The notes under the pieces were generated by a model, which ran no database searches, was not told where the DNA came from, and saw only the letters and a program-made list of their open reading frames with translations. Positions 58,901-64,000 of a stretch of 64,000 nucleotides of DNA are shown here, piece after piece. A program made the position numbers and the translations under genes. Source of the DNA: Candidatus Heimdallarchaeota archaeon (GTDB lineage Archaea > Asgardarchaeota > Heimdallarchaeia > JABLTI01); NCBI GenBank assembly GCA_018238155.1, contig JABCTZ010000019.1:32001-96000 (forward strand), given 5' to 3'. Every line of letters starts with the position of its first letter. The first letter of the stretch is position 1.

Positions 58901-59863
58901 CTAATCTAATCGAGGAGCTTTAATCTTTGTTAAGATTCGCGCTAAAACTTCTTCTGATTTAATACCCGTTAACCAGCTTCCTGTAGTAAGAATAATTCGA
59001 TGTTCCAAGGCAGGAATCACTACTTTCTTTACATCATCCGGATTAACGAAATTTCGGCCGTTTATTACTGCACTTGCTCTTGAAAGGTGAAGTAAAGATA
59101 AGCTTCCTCTAGGACTTGCTCCAACTTCTATTCTATCACTTTCTCTAGTAGTTCTAACAATATCTACAATGTATTGTTTAATTCGGTCATCAATGTGAAC
59201 TTCTTCCACAACATCCATAATTTGGGTAAGCTCTTCTTCGTCTGTAATAACGTTTAATTCAAATTCCTCACGTTTACGTATAATTCTACGATTTAGAATT
59301 TCAATTTCTTCAGCTATATTTGGATAACCGACACTTATTTTCATAATGAATCTATCTAATTGGGCTTCTGGTAATGGAAATGTTCCTTCAAACTCAATTG
59401 GATTTTGTGTCGCTAAAACATGGAATGGGTGAGGGAGTGGATAGGTTACTCCATCGATAGTAACATGTTGTTCTTGCATCGCTTCAAGAAGTGCTGATTG
59501 AGTTTTTGGTGAAGCTCGATTTATTTCATCTACAAGAAGAAGGTTTGTAAATACTGGTCCTTCTCTAAAGAAGAATTCTTGTTTCTTTTGATTATAAATT
59601 GTTGAACCCGTTACATCTGCCGGTAAAAGATCGGGGGTGCATTGTATACGCGTGAAATCACATTTCATAACTTGAGCGAATGCCTTGATCATCATCGTTT
59701 TTGCTAGACCTGGGACATCTTCCAACAAGAGATTACCTTTCGCTAAAATTCCGATGAGAATTTTTTCAAGCACATCTTCTTTACCAACAATGATTTTTCC
59801 AACTTCACTCAAAATAGACTTTGTAACAGCTGAGGCTTTATCTGGTTTCATCATACATCCCAC
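58901..59863 (-). CDS. MoxR-family AAA+ ATPase
   Basis: LLEDVPGLAKT, RIQCTPDLLPAD, DEINRASPKTQSALLEAMQE, ATQNPIE.EGTFPLPEAQLDRF, GASPR. Confidence 0.95.
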   Translation of the reverse strand: MGCMMKPDKASAVTKSILSEVGKIIVGKEDVLEKILIGILAKGNLLLEDVPGLAKTMMIKAFAQVMKCDFTRIQCTPDLLPADVTGSTIYNQKKQEFFFREGPVFTNLLLVDEINRASPKTQSALLEAMQEQHVTIDGVTYPLPHPFHVLATQNPIEFEGTFPLPEAQLDRFIMKISVGYPNIAEEIEILNRRIIRKREEFELNVITDEEELTQIMDVVEEVHIDDRIKQYIVDIVRTTRESDRIEVGASPRGSLSLLHLSRASAVINGRNFVNPDDVKKVVIPALEHRIILTTGSWLTGIKSEEVLARILTKIKAPRLD

Positions 59864-60165
59864 TGTATATACGATTTATTTACCTATTATACGGTTTCGA
59901 TTCTACTGCCAAATCAAATACAAACATTTTTTTTACTCAAGGTAAATTTGTTCTAAGTTAGCGTTTTAAATTTCTACATATCATTGCTAACCTTGAGATA
60001 TTTTATCACCCTCTCTTTTAAGGATGTTTTTTCCTTTGCCTTTTCTAATTCTCTTATCTCGCATTATTTCCATTTATCTGAATAATAGAAACACAAGATT
60101 ATCAGAAAGTTTAAAGAATAGACATCCGAAAGAATGGATACTGATTAATTAGAGGATTACCAATA

Positions 60166-60372
60166 ATGAGCAGAAGACAAAAATCTAGTGGCGGTAGTGG
60201 AGGAGGAGCAATGCCTGCAACAGGTGCAGGTTTAATCAGATTCTTCGAAGAAGATACTCCTGGAATTAAGATTGGACCTTATGCTGTAATGATCTTTGCA
60301 GTTGTATTAATTGTCGTTGTTTTAGCTGGTCCTTGGGTATTAAAGTTATTCACAGGCACATCAACTACTTAA
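60166..60372 (+). CDS. Protein translocase subunit Sec61beta
   Basis: MP.TGAGLIRFFEEDTPGIKIGP followed by a single TM. Confidence 0.92.
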   Translation: MSRRQKSSGGSGGGAMPATGAGLIRFFEEDTPGIKIGPYAVMIFAVVLIVVVLAGPWVLKLFTGTSTT

Positions 60373-60385
60373 TTCACTAGTTAAG

Positions 60386-60409
60386 CTTTTGATGAGAAAC
60401 CATCAAAAG
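60386..60409. terminator. Stem-loop between convergent sec61beta and scpA
   Basis: CTTTTGATG-AGAAAC-CATCAAAAG perfect 9-bp inverted repeat. Confidence 0.55.
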
Positions 60410-60471
60410 TCTTTCATTCTATTTATATTTTAGAAAAAATAATAATTGTTTCACTAATTTTTGAAGATAAA

Positions 60472-61368
60472 TTACTTTTCTTCTTCAAAGAGCATATCAC
60501 TTTCTTCAATGAAATCATTCTCTTCGTCAATTTCTGTAATAGTAACACCGGCCTCTGCAAGAGCTCCTTCTCCTCCATCTCTTAGTTTTTTCTCAATTAC
60601 CTTCTCTAAACCACCTAAAAATTCCTCTTCATTATCTCTGATTGGTATGATAGTAATAATTGCTAAATCTTCATCTTGGAATAATTGCATTTTTAATTCA
60701 TAACATAAATATAAAATACAAAGGAATGTACGAATAATTGTGACTCGCTCAGAATTTTGTTTTATTAACTCATCAAATCTAATTGGTCGTTTGTATTTTT
60801 CATGTAAATGAACTAATTTTCTATAAACATCCTTTTTGAGTTTAGCTATTTTTGTTGCTTCTTCATCAATAAGTCTTATTGGTTTAGCAGGCAGTTGCAA
60901 AGGTTGAATGAGAGCTTTTCTCTTTCCAATGGCTACTCTTTGCTTATACCTTACCTCTTGCTTGAGCAATCCTTGGAATGCATAAACTAATTCATTAAAT
61001 GTTACTGGTCTTTGAGAAATATGGTATGACGGGCTTATTTCCGGAATATCAAACCCTAAAGCTTCCAAATCTTCTTTATTATCATCTATTTCTTCAATAA
61101 GTTTAATGAGATCGCTTACTTTTGCACGATACAAAATTGCTGCTGAAAGAATAGCTCTACCTAGTACTGGAAAATTTATGTCATCAGTATCTTTCATTTC
61201 TTGAACGAATCGAGTAATCAAATCAGCAATCTCTAAATCCCAAGGATTAACCTTGCGAAATTGAGTTATATCAGTAAGTAATCTAAAAGGTGCACGTAGC
61301 CAGAAAGGATAATCATCATTGATTCCTTGGTTTTCTTCTTGATTTAATCCAAAGTCTCTATCCGCCAT
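60472..61368 (-). CDS. scpA: Kleisin ScpA
   Basis: NPWDLEI..L, GRAILSAAILYR.K, RPVT..EL, TFL.ILYL....K..L.Q; directly downstream of smc. Confidence 0.9.
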   Translation of the reverse strand: MADRDFGLNQEENQGINDDYPFWLRAPFRLLTDITQFRKVNPWDLEIADLITRFVQEMKDTDDINFPVLGRAILSAAILYRAKVSDLIKLIEEIDDNKEDLEALGFDIPEISPSYHISQRPVTFNELVYAFQGLLKQEVRYKQRVAIGKRKALIQPLQLPAKPIRLIDEEATKIAKLKKDVYRKLVHLHEKYKRPIRFDELIKQNSERVTIIRTFLCILYLCYELKMQLFQDEDLAIITIIPIRDNEEEFLGGLEKVIEKKLRDGGEGALAEAGVTITEIDEENDFIEESDMLFEEEK

Positions 61369-61445
61369 TTGCTTTACACCTATTATTATTGCTCTCTTTG
61401 TTTTTTTTATATTAAGCTATCAAAATTTAATTTTTTGAATGAGTG

Positions 61446-64000
61446 CTAATAATCATAAATTTCTGCTTCAGATGGTAAATCCGTTTTCTCAACAATTTTC
61501 ATTACTTCATCTAATGATACCGTAACAATTTGTGAAATTCGGTCTTCACCTGCAGTTACACCAAATATCTTTTCTGCTGCAGCAATCATTGGTGCTCTTA
61601 AACTAATAACTATTATTTGTGTTGCTTTGCTCATTTCACGAATTAGCGCGGCAACTTTGTGGACATTATTGAGATCTAAGAAGGCATCAATTTCATCCAG
61701 GACATAGAATGGGGCCGGTTTATATCTTTGTATGGCGAATATCATCGCTAGTGCTGTGAGCGATTTCTCACCACCTGAAAGAGATAACATACTGACGATT
61801 TTCTTTCCTCCTGGATTAGCAGAAATGAGAACTCCTCCATTGAACGGATCATCAGGGTCTTCTAATTCTACCTTTGCTCTGCCATCTGGTGAAAGAATAC
61901 CAAAGACTCTATTGAAATCTTTAGAAATATTGTTGAAAATAGCCATGAATTTATCCCGTTTTTCGCTTTCAATGTCGTTTATTGCTTTGCTAATAGCATC
62001 AAAATCTCTTTCAACGAATTTTCTTTTGTCTACTAATTCATTATTTAATTCAAGTTCTTCTTCATATTGGGAAACTGCTTTCATATTTATCTCTGGGAGG
62101 GCATCAAGTTCTGCTTTTAGTCCAGTAATCACTTCTCTTAGAACAGAGATATCAATTTCTTCATCCTCTGCAAAAATATATGGTAAATCTCTTTCTGCGG
62201 CAATTTCTTCTAATTCAATTATTTGTCCTTCGTTATTCGATTTTTCATTAACAAACCTTTCAACCATAATAATTATTTGATTTTGTTCTTGTCTTTCTTC
62301 TTCCAGGCTTATTCTCATATTTGCTTGTTCTTCTTCTAACCTTTCTTGTTCATTTTGACTTTCTTCAATTAGAGAGATCAATTTATCTCGTTTCTCTTTC
62401 TTTTGAGAAATCACGGCAGCAATTTCATCAACAGTTTTTTGTAGGAGTGTAACTTCATTCACTAATTCTGGTTCATCTTTCTCAATACTTTCGATTCTAT
62501 TTTGAATTTCTTCGAATGTTTTTCTATTCGTTTCTAAACTAGCAGAAGTCTTGAATTGTTGCATTTTCAAGTCATTAATTATATCTCCAATTTCAACTTG
62601 CTGGCTTTCTTTAATCTTTATTTCAGTGAGAACATCCTGAATACCACTTGTATCAAGTTCTTCTTTAAGCTTCATTTCTGACTCTGATAATTTTTCAAGA
62701 GTAATAGCAATATCTTTTCTAGAATTCAATAAATCGTCAATTTTTACTTCTAAATCTTCAGACTCTTTTGAGAGTTGTTCTAATTCTTTTTGTATTCGAA
62801 TGTTTTCCTGACTTCTTATTTCAATCTCTTCTTGGATTATATTTATATCTCGTTCTCTCAAATCTCCATTTCTTATTACATCACTTAGTTGCGGTTGAAG
62901 ATCTTCATTCAATTCCTTTGCTATATCTGTTCGATATTCTAATAATCTATGACGTTCTTCTTGTAGTATTTCATATTCTTCTTCCATATCTGGAAGTTTT
63001 CCTTCTTCTTCAATTATTAACGAGATTTTTGATGCTGCCCTCGCCTTATAAAAACCACCTGTTATAGCTCCTGACGGATTGACTACATCACCATCTAAAG
63101 TTATAGCTTTATAAGAGAAACCTATTTTTCGTGCTGTATCGAGATTTTTAACAATAACTGCTTGCCCAAAAACAAATTCGGCTGCCTTTCGATATTTCTC
63201 CTCAAATTCTACCAAATCTATAGCTTTACCGATTACTCCTTTTTCTTTTATATCTGTGGTAATAATATATGGTCTCAATTTATTGAGAGGTAAAAAGGTT
63301 ACACGACCAGCTTTTGCTTTTTTAACCATCATTACACATTGTGCTGCTACTTCATCTGTTTCAACTACAATATGATTAGTACGATTGCCGGCAGTAATAT
63401 TCAATGCAATAGAATATTTTGGATGTGTTTTACAAATTTCCCCAATAGTACCGTAGATTCCTTGTATTTTCCCTGATTCTCTTGCTTCCAAAACAAGTTT
63501 TATTCCCCTATCTCTACTTGTTATCTCTGCCATAATTTTCTTTGTAGTTTCTAATTCTGTTTGAATTTGTTTAATATTGATAGCTTTATCTCGCAAGTTA
63601 TGTTCATTTTCAATTAGTTCTTGTTCAACTGTATCCAACTCTGTCTTTAATTCACTCACTTTGACATTTAGTTTTCTTGCGAGTTCATTATAATCACTAA
63701 TTTCAGTAGTATACTTTGCTTTTCGACTTAGAAAAGTAGCAAGAATACCTGCAACTTCCACCACTCTCTTCTCTCGTTCACTTAGTTTAGATTTAGTAAT
63801 GTTAATATTGTTGTTAAAAATCGCCAATTGAGATTCAATATCTGCTCTTCGCTTATTCATCTCCGCAGTGGTTGAGCGTATTTCTTCTAATTGATTCATT
63901 ACTTCACTGGTTTTTGATGTTTCAAGCATCTGTCTTTTTAGATCAAGTTCCTCTTTGATCTTCGTGAGTGTGCTATCAGTACCGTCTAATTGTTCTTTAG
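61446..64000 (-). CDS. smc: Chromosome segregation protein SMC (5' end outside window)
   Basis: Hinge (G.YG, GRVTFLPL, TLDGD....G.ITGG), coiled coils, LSGGEKS, LDEIDA. The frame stays open upstream of 63929 to the window edge. Confidence 0.96.
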   Translation of the reverse strand, partial: KEQLDGTDSTLTKIKEELDLKRQMLETSKTSEVMNQLEEIRSTTAEMNKRRADIESQLAIFNNNINITKSKLSEREKRVVEVAGILATFLSRKAKYTTEISDYNELARKLNVKVSELKTELDTVEQELIENEHNLRDKAINIKQIQTELETTKKIMAEITSRDRGIKLVLEARESGKIQGIYGTIGEICKTHPKYSIALNITAGNRTNHIVVETDEVAAQCVMMVKKAKAGRVTFLPLNKLRPYIITTDIKEKGVIGKAIDLVEFEEKYRKAAEFVFGQAVIVKNLDTARKIGFSYKAITLDGDVVNPSGAITGGFYKARAASKISLIIEEEGKLPDMEEEYEILQEERHRLLEYRTDIAKELNEDLQPQLSDVIRNGDLRERDINIIQEEIEIRSQENIRIQKELEQLSKESEDLEVKIDDLLNSRKDIAITLEKLSESEMKLKEELDTSGIQDVLTEIKIKESQQVEIGDIINDLKMQQFKTSASLETNRKTFEEIQNRIESIEKDEPELVNEVTLLQKTVDEIAAVISQKKEKRDKLISLIEESQNEQERLEEEQANMRISLEEERQEQNQIIIMVERFVNEKSNNEGQIIELEEIAAERDLPYIFAEDEEIDISVLREVITGLKAELDALPEINMKAVSQYEEELELNNELVDKRKFVERDFDAISKAINDIESEKRDKFMAIFNNISKDFNRVFGILSPDGRAKVELEDPDDPFNGGVLISANPGGKKIVSMLSLSGGEKSLTALAMIFAIQRYKPAPFYVLDEIDAFLDLNNVHKVAALIREMSKATQIIVISLRAPMIAAAEKIFGVTAGEDRISQIVTVSLDEVMKIVEKTDLPSEAEIYDY

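Noticed and set aside
59864-60165. Larger intergenic gaps (also 994-1222, 17587-17935, 32008-32235) as tRNA/ncRNA sites
   Set aside because: Very AT-rich with no cloverleaf, T-loop or GC-rich stems; consistent with divergent promoter regions.
1216-63067. Many short antisense/overlapping ORFs in the track (e.g. 1216-1587, 2893-3327, 9774-10121, 27622-28065, 46569-47018, 57738-58475, 61732-62280)
   Set aside because: They lie opposite or inside well-supported genes and show the Ser/Ile/Phe-rich composition of shadow frames, with no motifs.

Overview
AT-rich archaeal chromosomal segment, most consistent with an Asgard archaeon (Heimdallarchaeia-like). This is inferred from gene content: archaeal GluRS, Alba, EndA, PINA, Sec61beta and SMC-ScpA, together with an Arf-like GTPase, an EF-2 paralog lacking the diphthamide loop, a roadblock/LC7 fragment, Urm1-like modifiers and a RING-finger solenoid protein. 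About 55 CDS are mostly housekeeping or envelope genes. No rRNA, tRNA, CRISPR array, integrase or transposase was recognised. The main accessory feature is an ~7.3 kb island (~34745-42051). It sits between an intact DUF4910/M28 aminopeptidase and a decayed paralog of that gene. It holds two runs of orphan + strand ORFs (the left run virus-like, with GGAGG sites and ATGA overlaps), a HEPN-motif remnant, and a cargo pair: a secreted caspase-like peptidase and an SBBP beta-propeller. The strongest candidates for undescribed systems are: (i) a membrane-anchored alpha-solenoid + RING protein next to a PPP phosphatase; (ii) an LplB - Urm1-like - EF-2 paralog operon; (iii) an Arf-like GTPase with an MG-starting amphipathic helix followed by a second GG-ended modifier; (iv) a three-prepilin operon divergent from tadC; and (v) the island itself. 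All family assignments come from motif recognition by eye; no database search was run.
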